Positions 40,800-49,885 of a stretch of 64,000 nucleotides of DNA are shown here, in pieces. Position 1 is the stretch's first letter, and each line of letters starts with the position of its first letter. The notes beneath the pieces were generated by a model. That model was not told where the DNA came from. It did not search any database and was given only the letters and a program-made list of their open reading frames with translations. The translations under genes were made by a program, and so were the position numbers. This DNA comes from an uncultured Chloroflexia bacterium (GTDB lineage: Bacteria > Chloroflexota > Dehalococcoidia > DSTF01 > JALHUB01). Location of the stretch: the NCBI GenBank assembly GCA_963703345.1, contig OY969814.1, positions 896,001 through 960,000 of the forward strand, read 5' to 3'.

Positions 40800-42347
40800 A
40801 TGAGACGGATCTTCGCTATCCTGGCCATACTTGCGGCGCTCGGTTGTCTCGTGTTTCTTGCGACCAGACAGGGAGGAGGCGACAGCTCCGTCCGCGCCGT
40901 CGGCGCCGCCACGACGCTGGATCCGCCCGCGACGTGCATGGTCCCGGCTGATCTGGACGTGGTCATCGTCATCGACCGGACGGGCAGCATGATCACTAAC
41001 ACCAGCGGCATCCCGGCCGAGACCCGCCTGTACTGGGCGAAACTCGCCGCCCTGAGGCTTGTCAACGGCATGGCGGGCGGCGAGACGGAACCCAGCTTGA
41101 GCCCCCACCACGTCGAAGTCATAACGTTCGACGGGGGGCCGACTGCCGATCTTGTCATTGGCTTCAGCGGTGACGCGGTCGCCCTTCGCGCCGCCATCAA
41201 CGGCATCAGCAACCCTTCGGAGCAAACCGACACCTACATCGCTCCCGCCCTCACGAGGGCGACGACCGACCTGAACGCGCACGTCCATGGCGGCCCTAAC
41301 GGCTCCTACAAGGCCGTCGTCCTCCTCTCAGACGGCAGAAACTACGCCGACGGCGATCCCACTACCGGCACTACCTGCGGCCCAACTCATCAACGACGAT
41401 TGGACACGGAGAACGCCATCCCGGGCCTTGACGCCGCCGCCGACACCGTCTACACGATCGGCATCGGCAGCCCGACATGCGGCGCCTATCACCTGCCCTG
41501 CGACCCTATGTCGTGCGACCCGAATGAGCTTGACACCTCCCTTCTCACGGACATCGCCAAAGGCCCGCCCGGCGACTCGACGATCGCGCAGGACGCCTAC
41601 ACGCTGCCGGACATCTACGGCGAGATTTCGCAGGAAATGGTGAACATCTGCGTCAACTTCACCGGCCACAAGTACGACGACCTGGCCTGCGATGGCACCG
41701 CCGGCAGCAATCCTCCTCTCGGGGGGGTCAATATGGTGCTCTTGCAGGGAGGCAGCATCGTTGGCCAAAAGACGACCGACCAGGGCGGCGCCTACATCTT
41801 CGTCGATGAGGCGCCTGGAACCTACACAATTTGCGAAGACCTGTCCTCGGACCGTGTAGAGACCGTACCCCTGTCGGGAAGCGGCACAGTCTCGCAGCCG
41901 CCCTACGGCGTCTGCTACGAGCGCACTCTATTGACAGCCGGCGGGATCGAGTCCGGGCTGGACTTCTACAACTGTGTTCCACCCACTCCGACTCCGACTC
42001 CGACGCCGACATCCACGTTCACGCCGACGCCCACGTCTACTTTCACGTCAACGCCCACAGCGACATCCACATCCACGCCCACGCGGACGCCAACGCAAAC
42101 GTCCACGGCCACCCGCACGCCCACCTCGACCTGGACAAGCACGCCGACGTCTACGCCAACAATATCCCACCAGGGGGTCGGCGGAATAGTCAGGCTGCCA
42201 CCTGCCGCCATCGCTGCTGAATCCGCCTCCGACCCGCAGCCTTCCGCGCGTCTCGCCTCCGTCTGGATGGCAGTCGTCGGCGCCACGGCCGGCATTGTGG
42301 CAATTTGCTTTGTAGGCTGGCATACTAGAAGGCGTCGGTTGCCATAG
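40800..42347 (+). CDS. Secreted/surface VWA-domain protein with SdrD-B/Cna-like domain, Pro/Thr linker and C-terminal TM anchor
   Basis: Signal peptide; DRTGSM (MIDAS-like), T, LSDG; [22 protein letters not shown]; VGG..TM..RRRR tail. Confidence 0.8.
   Translation: MRRIFAILAILAALGCLVFLATRQGGGDSSVRAVGAATTLDPPATCMVPADLDVVIVIDRTGSMITNTSGIPAETRLYWAKLAALRLVNGMAGGETEPSLSPHHVEVITFDGGPTADLVIGFSGDAVALRAAINGISNPSEQTDTYIAPALTRATTDLNAHVHGGPNGSYKAVVLLSDGRNYADGDPTTGTTCGPTHQRRLDTENAIPGLDAAADTVYTIGIGSPTCGAYHLPCDPMSCDPNELDTSLLTDIAKGPPGDSTIAQDAYTLPDIYGEISQEMVNICVNFTGHKYDDLACDGTAGSNPPLGGVNMVLLQGGSIVGQKTTDQGGAYIFVDEAPGTYTICEDLSSDRVETVPLSGSGTVSQPPYGVCYERTLLTAGGIESGLDFYNCVPPTPTPTPTPTSTFTPTPTSTFTSTPTATSTSTPTRTPTQTSTATRTPTSTWTSTPTSTPTISHQGVGGIVRLPPAAIAAESASDPQPSARLASVWMAVVGATAGIVAICFVGWHTRRRRLP
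41979..42162 (+). repeat. Coding Pro/Thr/Ser low-complexity tandem repeat
   Basis: ACTCCG/ACGCCG/ACGTCC units encoding [11 protein letters not shown]... Confidence 0.85.
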
Positions 42348-42365
42348 CCTAGGAAAGGCGTTCCA

Positions 42366-43244
42366 GTGGGACGCAAGAAGACAAAGAAACGCCATCGAAT
42401 AGCGGAAGGGCCTCGTCCCGGTAGGGGCGGGGCCCGCCGTTCCAGGCTTTATCTGGCAACTGCCGTCGTTGTCGTCGTGGCAGCTGCTTTCGCCTCGATT
42501 GCTGGGTTCTTCGCCGTCCGCGGGCAGGGAGGGGAGCAAGCATCGCACCGGGCGGCTATCGTCGACCAGCTAAGCGTCAGAATCCCCAATCCTTCCTTCG
42601 TTGAGACCGCAACCACGACGCTCGAGCAGGCAGGGTACGCCGTCGATTATTACGACGCCGACAAAGTGACAGTGGACTTCTTCCGCGATCTGCCCACCCA
42701 CGGATATGACCTTATCATCCTCCGTGCCCACTCCGCGATTCCCAGGAAGGACCTGGGCCTTCCCGTGGACGTCTCTCAGACCGTGCTCGACAGGGTGATG
42801 GCGAAGATCGGCGACGACGTCCTCCTCTTCACCTCCCAGCCTTACGACAGCTCGGCCTACGTCGATGACCAGAAGTCCATGAGGTTGTTCCCCGTCGTCT
42901 ACGCCGGCGACACTGCAGACAATGCTTACTTCGCCGTCTCGTCCTTCTTCGTCGAGTCGAGCATGCGCGGGCGGTTCAACGGCACGACAATCATCCTGAT
43001 GGGTTGCAGTAGCCTCGCGTCCGACAAGACCGCCGCCGCCCTGGTCGATAAAGGCGCAAAGGGCGTCACCGGCTGGACCGACATGGTAACGCCTGAACAT
43101 ACGGACAAGGCAACCGCCCAGTTGCTCCGTCACCTGTTGGAGGACAAGCTGCCGTTGTCGAAGGCAGTAGACATAACAATGTCCGACGTGGGCCAGGATC
43201 CGACTTATGGGTCCAGCATGCGCGCCTACCCGCCGGCCGGATAG
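42366..43244 (+). CDS. N-terminally membrane-anchored protein with a putative clan CD (CHAT/caspase/gingipain-like) His-Cys peptidase domain
   Basis: Basic N-terminus plus TM; LIILRAHS and [23 protein letters not shown]. Confidence 0.5.
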   Translation: MGRKKTKKRHRIAEGPRPGRGGARRSRLYLATAVVVVVAAAFASIAGFFAVRGQGGEQASHRAAIVDQLSVRIPNPSFVETATTTLEQAGYAVDYYDADKVTVDFFRDLPTHGYDLIILRAHSAIPRKDLGLPVDVSQTVLDRVMAKIGDDVLLFTSQPYDSSAYVDDQKSMRLFPVVYAGDTADNAYFAVSSFFVESSMRGRFNGTTIILMGCSSLASDKTAAALVDKGAKGVTGWTDMVTPEHTDKATAQLLRHLLEDKLPLSKAVDITMSDVGQDPTYGSSMRAYPPAG

Positions 43245-43335
43245 TCACCCCTTTCGAATCCGGACCGGTCCTCCCGCCTTCCTGGCCGAAAGACGGTTTG
43301 ACCGGAAAAGGCAGGATTCTTATGTCCAGAAACTA

Positions 43336-43364
43336 TTGCGCATGGTGCTTCCGCCGAGTATTAT
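43336..43364 (+). promoter_or_regulatory. Putative sigma70 promoter
   Basis: TTGCGC-N17-TATTAT upstream of the gene at 43473. Confidence 0.45.
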
Positions 43365-43472
43365 CGATGGAAAGGCTGGGCCTTGGTGGTCCTCTGGGGG
43401 GAGTGAGGCTCCCCAAGCAAGTCCTGATAATCGCACCCCGCCCGTTCTCACGACTTTATAGGAGGCGTTAGT

Positions 43473-44837
43473 ATGAGACGTTGGCTTCGTGCACCCCTTA
43501 TTCTCTTCGGGTTTGCCCTCGCGATGACGTTGGCTGTTCTCGTCGTTGGCAGCCACGGTTCCCCGACCTATGCCCACATCGTCGACTTGGACGGGACCCC
43601 CCCCATCGACGCGGGCGACGTTCACATGGAAATCGACATGGACATCTCGGACGGCAACCCCTGCAACCCGGTCGATACGGTGGCCTACCACAAGGCTGGT
43701 GACACCTATGTCGTCGCTATCTGTCTGACCAGCGCCGGCACTGCGGTGGGCGGCGCCAACGGACCGCCGGCCGCCTTCGACTTCCAGGTGATGTACGACA
43801 GAAGTCTGGACCAGTGCGTTCCGGGAGCCGTGGATGCCAATCTCGACGGCAACCCGGACGCCAACACCGGTACGACGTCATTCACGACGCCCAACCTGGG
43901 CGATCCCGCCAGGTGGGACTGCACTGCCTCCGGCAACGCGTATCCGACCTGTGACTATGACCCCAGCAACCCGACTCAAGGCACGGCCTATCTCGGCTGC
44001 TTCTTGGGGAGCGGCACCGCGACCCTGCCCGCCGGCGACACAGTCTCAGCGCCCCTCGCCGAAATCACGTTCACAGCCCTGGCAGATGGCACTGATTCCT
44101 TGACCTTCGCTGAAGCCACCGAGGCGGACAAGGGCACGAACCAGAACATAAGCTGCCCGCCCAACGGAGCTGAGTTGAACCGGTGCTTCGACGGGACCAG
44201 CATCATCGAAGAGCCCACGAGTACGCCGACGAACACGCCGACGAATACGCCCACAAACACGCCGACTAACATGCCGACTAACACGCCGACGAACACGCCG
44301 ACGAACACGCCGATGAACGCAGCGACGAATACGCCGACAAACACGCCGACGAATACGCCGACAAACACGCCGACAAATACGCCGACGAGGACGCCGACGA
44401 ACACGCCGACGAATACGCCGACGAATACGCCGACGAGGACGCCGACGAACACGCCGACGAACACGCCGACGGCCACAAACACGACGCCGCCGATATTCAC
44501 AAACACACCCACGCCGACGGCCACAAACACGACGCCGCCGATAGCCACAAACACGCCAACGTCGACGGCCACAAACACACCCACGTCGTCCCCAACGACA
44601 ACCCGAACACCCACGTCCACTGCGACGTCCGCCGCGGGCCCGACAGCGACTTCGACGCCTACGCCGGCGGGAACGGCCCGGGCTACGCCCTTCGACAGGG
44701 TCATCGCGAACATCGAACAGCTGGTCGACCGCTTCTGCGACGATGGCCACAACCGGGGATTCCAATGCAGAAGCTTGGAGTCCGTCCTTGGGCTGCTGGA
44801 AAGGCTGCGCGACAACTGGCTGTCGCGCAAGGGCTAG
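43473..44837 (+). CDS. Secreted protein with a Cys-rich cohesin-like beta domain and long PTNT-repeat stalk
   Basis: Signal peptide; [29 protein letters not shown]; (TPTN)n; AGGAGG SD. Confidence 0.7.
   Translation: MRRWLRAPLILFGFALAMTLAVLVVGSHGSPTYAHIVDLDGTPPIDAGDVHMEIDMDISDGNPCNPVDTVAYHKAGDTYVVAICLTSAGTAVGGANGPPAAFDFQVMYDRSLDQCVPGAVDANLDGNPDANTGTTSFTTPNLGDPARWDCTASGNAYPTCDYDPSNPTQGTAYLGCFLGSGTATLPAGDTVSAPLAEITFTALADGTDSLTFAEATEADKGTNQNISCPPNGAELNRCFDGTSIIEEPTSTPTNTPTNTPTNTPTNMPTNTPTNTPTNTPMNAATNTPTNTPTNTPTNTPTNTPTRTPTNTPTNTPTNTPTRTPTNTPTNTPTATNTTPPIFTNTPTPTATNTTPPIATNTPTSTATNTPTSSPTTTRTPTSTATSAAGPTATSTPTPAGTARATPFDRVIANIEQLVDRFCDDGHNRGFQCRSLESVLGLLERLRDNWLSRKG
44214..44665 (+). repeat. Coding 12-bp tandem repeat (ACGCCGACGAAC-like) encoding TPTN
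   Basis: About 20 near-identical 12-bp units, decaying into TATNT/TPTS units. Confidence 0.9.
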
Positions 44838-44879
44838 GGACTGATCGAGTAGCCCGACAGGCAAAAGCCTCGAATTGAG

Positions 44880-44914
44880 AGTGACGCCCGCAACCGCGGG
44901 CGTCACTTCTTATT
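44880..44914. terminator. Hairpin terminator between convergent genes
   Basis: Perfect 12-bp stem AGTGACGCCCGC-AACC-GCGGGCGTCACT followed by TCTTATT. Confidence 0.75.
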
Positions 44915-44941
44915 CATGCGGTGGCTGGCTGGGGAAGGAGT

Positions 44942-46465
44942 TCAGACTGGAGGAGCGGACGCCGGAAGCGTCATCCGAAACGTTATCGTGCTATCCGTTA
45001 GTTGCGCTTCGAGCTTGCCGCCGTGCAGCTCCACCAGGTCGCGGGCAATGGGCAGGCCGAGGCCGCTTCCCGCCGAGGGTCCGGTCCGGGCGCGGTCGCG
45101 ACGGTAAAAACGCTCGAACAGTCGCGGCAGCTCCTCCGCTTCGACGTCCGTCACCGCATTCGCCACCTCAACGCATACTTGCTGTTCCCCGTCGTTGAAG
45201 GCGCGAACCCGGACTTCGCCGCCCGCGGGCGTGAACTTGCGAGAGTTGTCCAGAAGGTTCTCCAGCGCCCGTTCCAGCTTAGCCCGGTCGACGTATGCGC
45301 GAACGCCGGATGGGACGTCGCAGGTGATGGCGACGCTTCGCTCCGCGGCTGCAGGCGTCGTCCGCTCAACCGCCTTCGCCGCAAGCGCCGACAGGTCAAC
45401 GTCCTCCCGCTGCACAAGCGCCTGCCCCGCCTCGATTTCCGACAGGAACAGCAGGTCGTTGAGGCGTTCCGACAGCTTCGTGACCTCATCGTAGATCACG
45501 TCGCCGGCGTGCTTCGATTCCTCTTCGCCCGTGATGACGCCGCCTCGAAGCGCCTGCGCGAATCCCAGTATCGACGTCAGCGGCGTCCGCATGTCATGCG
45601 ACACGTTGGCCAGCAGGGCGCGCATCTGGACCTGAGTCTCCCCCACGCTCCTCGCCATGGACGAGAACGCGCGCGACAACTGCCCGACTTCGTCGCCGCG
45701 GTCCGCCGGCACGTCGATGTCGAATGCGCCCTGCGCCATCTGGTCGGCGGCCACGGTAAGCTTGCTCAGAGGACGGGTGATGTTCCGACTGATCACTATC
45801 GCCGAGGCGATGGCTACGGGAAGAGCGATTACGGCCGCCAGGGCCAGCCACGGCAAGAGGTGCAGCCAGGCACGGGCGAAGGTATCGTCCGGGATGACGA
45901 TTGCCAGGCGGTAGGGCGCAACCTCCGTCCCGCTAACTGAAGGATCTGCGACCGCGGAGTTGCCCGGCGGCGGAATTGTGATCCGCTGCCCTCGGCTCGT
46001 CAACGGGGGAGAGACCGCCGCCAGGATCACGCTGCCCCCGGTTCCCCCTTCGAGCTGCCAGGTACGATAGTAATCGTGGCGAGCCGGCGGCGAGACACCG
46101 TCAGCCGGCGGCGAGCTCTCCTGAACCTGCAGTTGCGCGCCCGACAGTCCTCCGTCCGTGTCCTCGACGACGACGCCGGAGTAATCGAACAACAAGATCC
46201 GCTCATTGTAGTTGGCCGCCGCGGTGCGAGTGTACTGCTGAAGTTGAGAAAGCGAAGCGCCGTCCAGCAGGAGCTGCAGGAATTCGCCGTGGATCACCGG
46301 CGCGGTCGCTTCGGTATGGTCCAGCTCCCGCTGCTTCTCCTGGCCGTGCGTCAGGGCAACGAAAATGCCGCTGGCCAGCACGAGTGAGCCTATCACGAGC
46401 AGAATGCTGGCGGTCACCAGCTTGCCGCGCAAAGTGCGGGGGTTGAAGGCGGAGAGCGGCGCCAT
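44942..46465 (-). CDS. HAMP-domain sensor histidine kinase (BaeS-like)
   Basis: Two TM segments, HAMP, ANVSHDMRTPLTSI, ENLLDNS, GSGLGLPI. Confidence 0.93.
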   Translation of the reverse strand: MAPLSAFNPRTLRGKLVTASILLVIGSLVLASGIFVALTHGQEKQRELDHTEATAPVIHGEFLQLLLDGASLSQLQQYTRTAAANYNERILLFDYSGVVVEDTDGGLSGAQLQVQESSPPADGVSPPARHDYYRTWQLEGGTGGSVILAAVSPPLTSRGQRITIPPPGNSAVADPSVSGTEVAPYRLAIVIPDDTFARAWLHLLPWLALAAVIALPVAIASAIVISRNITRPLSKLTVAADQMAQGAFDIDVPADRGDEVGQLSRAFSSMARSVGETQVQMRALLANVSHDMRTPLTSILGFAQALRGGVITGEEESKHAGDVIYDEVTKLSERLNDLLFLSEIEAGQALVQREDVDLSALAAKAVERTTPAAAERSVAITCDVPSGVRAYVDRAKLERALENLLDNSRKFTPAGGEVRVRAFNDGEQQVCVEVANAVTDVEAEELPRLFERFYRRDRARTGPSAGSGLGLPIARDLVELHGGKLEAQLTDSTITFRMTLPASAPPV

Positions 46466-46466
46466 G

Positions 46467-47141
46467 CTAGTTCTCCGGCACGAGCCGATAGCCCGTGCCC
46501 CAGGCCGTCTCTATGTGTACGCCGCGGTGGGCCAGCTTCTCGCGCAGCCGCGCCACGTGCACGTCCACGGTCCTGTGGCCGTAAAACGAGGTCCCCCATG
46601 CAAGGTCGAGCAGGCGATCCCTGTCGAGCACGACGTTGGGGAAGTGAGCGAACGCGAGCAGCAAGTCGAACTCCCGCGGAGTGAGCGGCACGACCGTCCC
46701 GCCCACGCGCGCCTCGCGGCAGTCGATGTCCATCGAAAGCGGCCCGACCTGCACCCGCTCTATCCGGGCAGTCGCGCCGGAGTTGGCCCGCCGGAGCACC
46801 GCCGCCACGCGCGCGACGAGTTCATCCGGATTGAACGGCTTCGTGACGTAGTCGTCCGCGCCCAGACGAAGCCCGGCAATCCTGTCTATGTCCGAAGCCC
46901 GCGCCGTCAAGAGCAAGATGGGCATCTGGCCGCGCAGCTTCCGACAGATCTGCAGCCCGTCCGGTCCCGGCATCATGATGTCGAGGACGATCAGCGCCGG
47001 CAGCGACTCTCGCGCCTTGCGCAGCGTCTCCTCGCCGTCACAGGCGGTCTCGACGCGATAGCCCGCGCGCCGCAGGTACAGCGACACGAGCTCCACCGTG
47101 TGCGCGTCATCGTCTGCTACCAGGATCGGCTTTTCGTCCAT
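46467..47141 (-). CDS. OmpR/PhoB-family response regulator
   Basis: ILVADDD, LDIMMP, GADDYVTKPF, RTVDVHVARLR..TAWGTGY. Confidence 0.95.
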   Translation of the reverse strand: MDEKPILVADDDAHTVELVSLYLRRAGYRVETACDGEETLRKARESLPALIVLDIMMPGPDGLQICRKLRGQMPILLLTARASDIDRIAGLRLGADDYVTKPFNPDELVARVAAVLRRANSGATARIERVQVGPLSMDIDCREARVGGTVVPLTPREFDLLLAFAHFPNVVLDRDRLLDLAWGTSFYGHRTVDVHVARLREKLAHRGVHIETAWGTGYRLVPEN

Positions 47142-47193
47142 ATCCTCATCGCACCTTATTCCATTTTGCAGCGCTGGCGATTCTACCAGCAAC

Positions 47194-47820
47194 TCAAGGC
47201 GTTGCCGGAGGGGTCCCTTGCGCCTCCGGCGTCCCTCCGGCGCCGGGCGGTCGCCCGAACCCTCCGAACCCATTCCCGTCGATCATGTTATCGATGCGGC
47301 TCGACAGGTTCTGCATCTCCGTATTCGCCTGGTCCTGGGTCATTTGCTCGTTCGCCACCGCCTGGTCCGCGCTCGCCTGGATCTGCTGCGTCAGGAACGC
47401 CTTCAGGTCGTCGCGCGACTTTCCGTGCGCCTGGGCGACCGTCGCCATCGTTGCGCCCTCGGCCGAAAGCTCGGATTGGAGCTGGTCCTGGGAGATGCCG
47501 AGGAAGCCGGCTAAGGATGAGTTGAGATTTCCGAGGAACATACCGCCCCCACGGGCGCCAGGCGTGCCGAATGCGCCCGGCGTTCCGAACGGAAGCGGTG
47601 TGCCTAACGCGCGCGCCGTCTCGAAAGCGCCCGGCGTGCCGTTGCCGCGAGAGCGCGGCGTCCCCTGACCGGCGACGCCGGAGGGCAGCGGCTTTGCGGT
47701 TGGTGTCGCGCTCGCCGCGTTCGACCCTCCGCCGCAGGCCGTCGACACCGCGGCGACTCCGGCGACCAGCGCAAGAAGCGCCGCCGCGATAAGTCCCGAT
47801 TGGATGCGTCCCCTGTTCAC
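47194..47820 (-). CDS. Putative lipoprotein with a helical domain and Gly/Pro-rich segments
   Basis: Signal peptide ending STAC-GG; LAGFLGISQDQLQSEL..TMATVAQAHG. Confidence 0.6.
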   Translation of the reverse strand: MNRGRIQSGLIAAALLALVAGVAAVSTACGGGSNAASATPTAKPLPSGVAGQGTPRSRGNGTPGAFETARALGTPLPFGTPGAFGTPGARGGGMFLGNLNSSLAGFLGISQDQLQSELSAEGATMATVAQAHGKSRDDLKAFLTQQIQASADQAVANEQMTQDQANTEMQNLSSRIDNMIDGNGFGGFGRPPGAGGTPEAQGTPPATP

Positions 47821-47844
47821 CCTCGCTACCTCCCTTTCTTGCTG

Positions 47845-49137
47845 TTACTCGCTGCGTAGCGCCTCTATCGGGTCAAGGCGAGAAGCGCGGAACGCCGGGT
47901 AGATGCCGAAGAACAGGCCGATGGCGGCCGAGACCGTGAAGGCGACGACGATGCTAAACGGCGTCACCAGCGTCGTGACCGAAGAGCTCGTTCCGAACGA
48001 GGCGCCGTTGGCGAGCCTCGCCGCCAGCACTCCGACGATCACTCCAATAGCGCCGCCGACCAGCGTGACCAGCAGCGCCTCGATGATGAACTGGATGAGA
48101 ATGTCCTGTCGCTTGGCGCCGACCGCCTTGCGGATGCCGATCTCCCGCGTCCGCTCCGTCACTGACACGAGCATGATGTTCATCGTGCCGATGCCGCCGA
48201 CGATCAGCGAGATGCCGGCGATGGCGCCCAGCAGGATGGTTAGCGTGCGGCTGACGCTCCTGGCTGCCGACGTCAGGTCGCTCTGCGTTTGCGCCACGAA
48301 GTCCTCGGTCTGGTGGCGGTCCAGCATGACCTGCGTGATGGCGGTCTTGGTCTGGTCAACCTTGTCGCTGGAGGTGACCTTGACGACGATCTCCTGGATG
48401 TTCGATTGGCCGGTCGGGCTGCGGCCGAAGGGCACCCTCTGCTGGAACGTCGTGAGCGGCACGATTATCGTCGTGTCGTCGGTGCCGGTGCCGGCCGCCC
48501 CGCGCGGTTCCATGACGCCTTCGACGGTAAGGTTCAGAGAGAACGGACCAAAGCTGAGGCGCACGTCCTGGCCGATGGCGTTCGCCGGCGTGTCGAAGAG
48601 GGCTTGCGCCACCTGCGCGCCCAGCACTACGTTCGTCGCCTTGGTCGTCATGTCCTCGTCGGTGATGAAGCTGCCCGTCGCAACCTTGTAGCTGCGGACG
48701 GACTGGAAATCGGGCTGGGTCGCGGTCATCGCCGTCGCCGTCGTCGAGCGCCCGTTGCCTGTGAGCTGTGTGCTGAGGCTCAGGCTGTACTGGGCGACTA
48801 CTGCGCTGACGTATGGCAGTTGCGGGTTGTTCTTCAGGGCGGCGGCGTCGTCAGTCGTCAGAGAAAAGGGGTTGAACGATCTGGTGTTTCTGCTACTGCT
48901 GCTGCTGCTGCTACCGCTGCTGCTGGTGCTCTGGCTCTGCTGCGACTGAATGAAGATGAGGTTGCTGCCGAGGCCGCTGACCTCCTTCGTTACGCCCTGC
49001 TTCGCGCCCTGGCCCGCCGCCATGAGGGCGATGACCGCGCCCACACCGATAACAATTCCGAGCATCGTAAGAATGGTCCGCAGCTTGTTGGTGGTTAGCG
49101 CCATCACCGCTGCCTGGATCATGCTGAAGACGATCAT
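47845..49137 (-). CDS. MacB/YknZ-like ABC permease
   Basis: NKLRTILTMLGIVIGV, GGIGTMNIMLVSVTERTREIGIRKAVGA, LDPIEALR. Confidence 0.93.
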   Translation of the reverse strand: MIVFSMIQAAVMALTTNKLRTILTMLGIVIGVGAVIALMAAGQGAKQGVTKEVSGLGSNLIFIQSQQSQSTSSSGSSSSSSSRNTRSFNPFSLTTDDAAALKNNPQLPYVSAVVAQYSLSLSTQLTGNGRSTTATAMTATQPDFQSVRSYKVATGSFITDEDMTTKATNVVLGAQVAQALFDTPANAIGQDVRLSFGPFSLNLTVEGVMEPRGAAGTGTDDTTIIVPLTTFQQRVPFGRSPTGQSNIQEIVVKVTSSDKVDQTKTAITQVMLDRHQTEDFVAQTQSDLTSAARSVSRTLTILLGAIAGISLIVGGIGTMNIMLVSVTERTREIGIRKAVGAKRQDILIQFIIEALLVTLVGGAIGVIVGVLAARLANGASFGTSSSVTTLVTPFSIVVAFTVSAAIGLFFGIYPAFRASRLDPIEALRSE

Positions 49138-49883
49138 GCCTTCGCCTCCTCTCGCGCCGTGGAGGGGGCCGACTCTCCGAACTTGGGGGCAACGTGCTCT
49201 GGAATAATCTCCCGCGTCGGCCCGTCGAATACGATGCGCCCGTCGAGCATCTGGATAACGCGGTGCGCGTAAGCCGCGACCTCCAGCTCGTGCGTCACCA
49301 GCGCAATCGTCATGCCGCGCTGGCTGTTGAGGCGCACGAACATCTCCATCAGGTCGACCGTCGTCTTCGAATCGAGGGCCCCCGTGGGCTCGTCCGCCAG
49401 GATCAGCGCCGGATTCGTCACCAGTGCCCGCGCGATGGCAACGCGCTGCTGCTCGCCGCCGGAGAGCTGCGTCGGCCGGTGGTGCGCCCGATGGCGCAAT
49501 CCCACTTCCGACAGCGCCCGCAGCGCCATCTGCTTTCGATGGTTGGAGCCGCGGTAGATAAGAGGCAACTCCACCTGGGCGGCTGCCGGCCAGCGCGACA
49601 GCAGGTTGAACGACTGGAAGACGAAGCCGATGCGACGGTTGCGTATCATCGCGAGTTGAGCGTCTGTCATCCGGTGCACGTCATGGCCCTCGAATCGGTA
49701 CGTTCCGCGGGTCGGCCGATCCAGGCAGCCGAGGATGTGCATCAGTGTCGACTTGCCGGAGCCGGATGCCCCGACGATCGCCAGGAATTCGCCGCGCTGT
49801 ATCTCCAGGTCGATGCCGCGCAGGGCGGGGACCGGCACGTCACCGGCGCGATAGATCTTGTAGATCCCGTGAAGCTGGATCAT
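49134..49883 (-). CDS. MacB/LolD-like ABC ATPase
   Basis: GASGSGKST, LSGGEQQRVAIARAL, ADEPTGALD. Confidence 0.95.
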   Translation of the reverse strand: MIQLHGIYKIYRAGDVPVPALRGIDLEIQRGEFLAIVGASGSGKSTLMHILGCLDRPTRGTYRFEGHDVHRMTDAQLAMIRNRRIGFVFQSFNLLSRWPAAAQVELPLIYRGSNHRKQMALRALSEVGLRHRAHHRPTQLSGGEQQRVAIARALVTNPALILADEPTGALDSKTTVDLMEMFVRLNSQRGMTIALVTHELEVAAYAHRVIQMLDGRIVFDGPTREIIPEHVAPKFGESAPSTAREEAKA

Positions 49884-49885
49884 CT

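Noticed and set aside
44214-44665. CRISPR array
   Set aside because: The 12-bp units are contiguous, have no unique spacers, are in frame in a secreted protein, and no cas genes are present.
48888-48930. (GCT)n microsatellite as a phase-variation site
   Set aside because: Imperfect trinucleotide run encoding an in-frame poly-Ser linker; slippage would not shift the frame.
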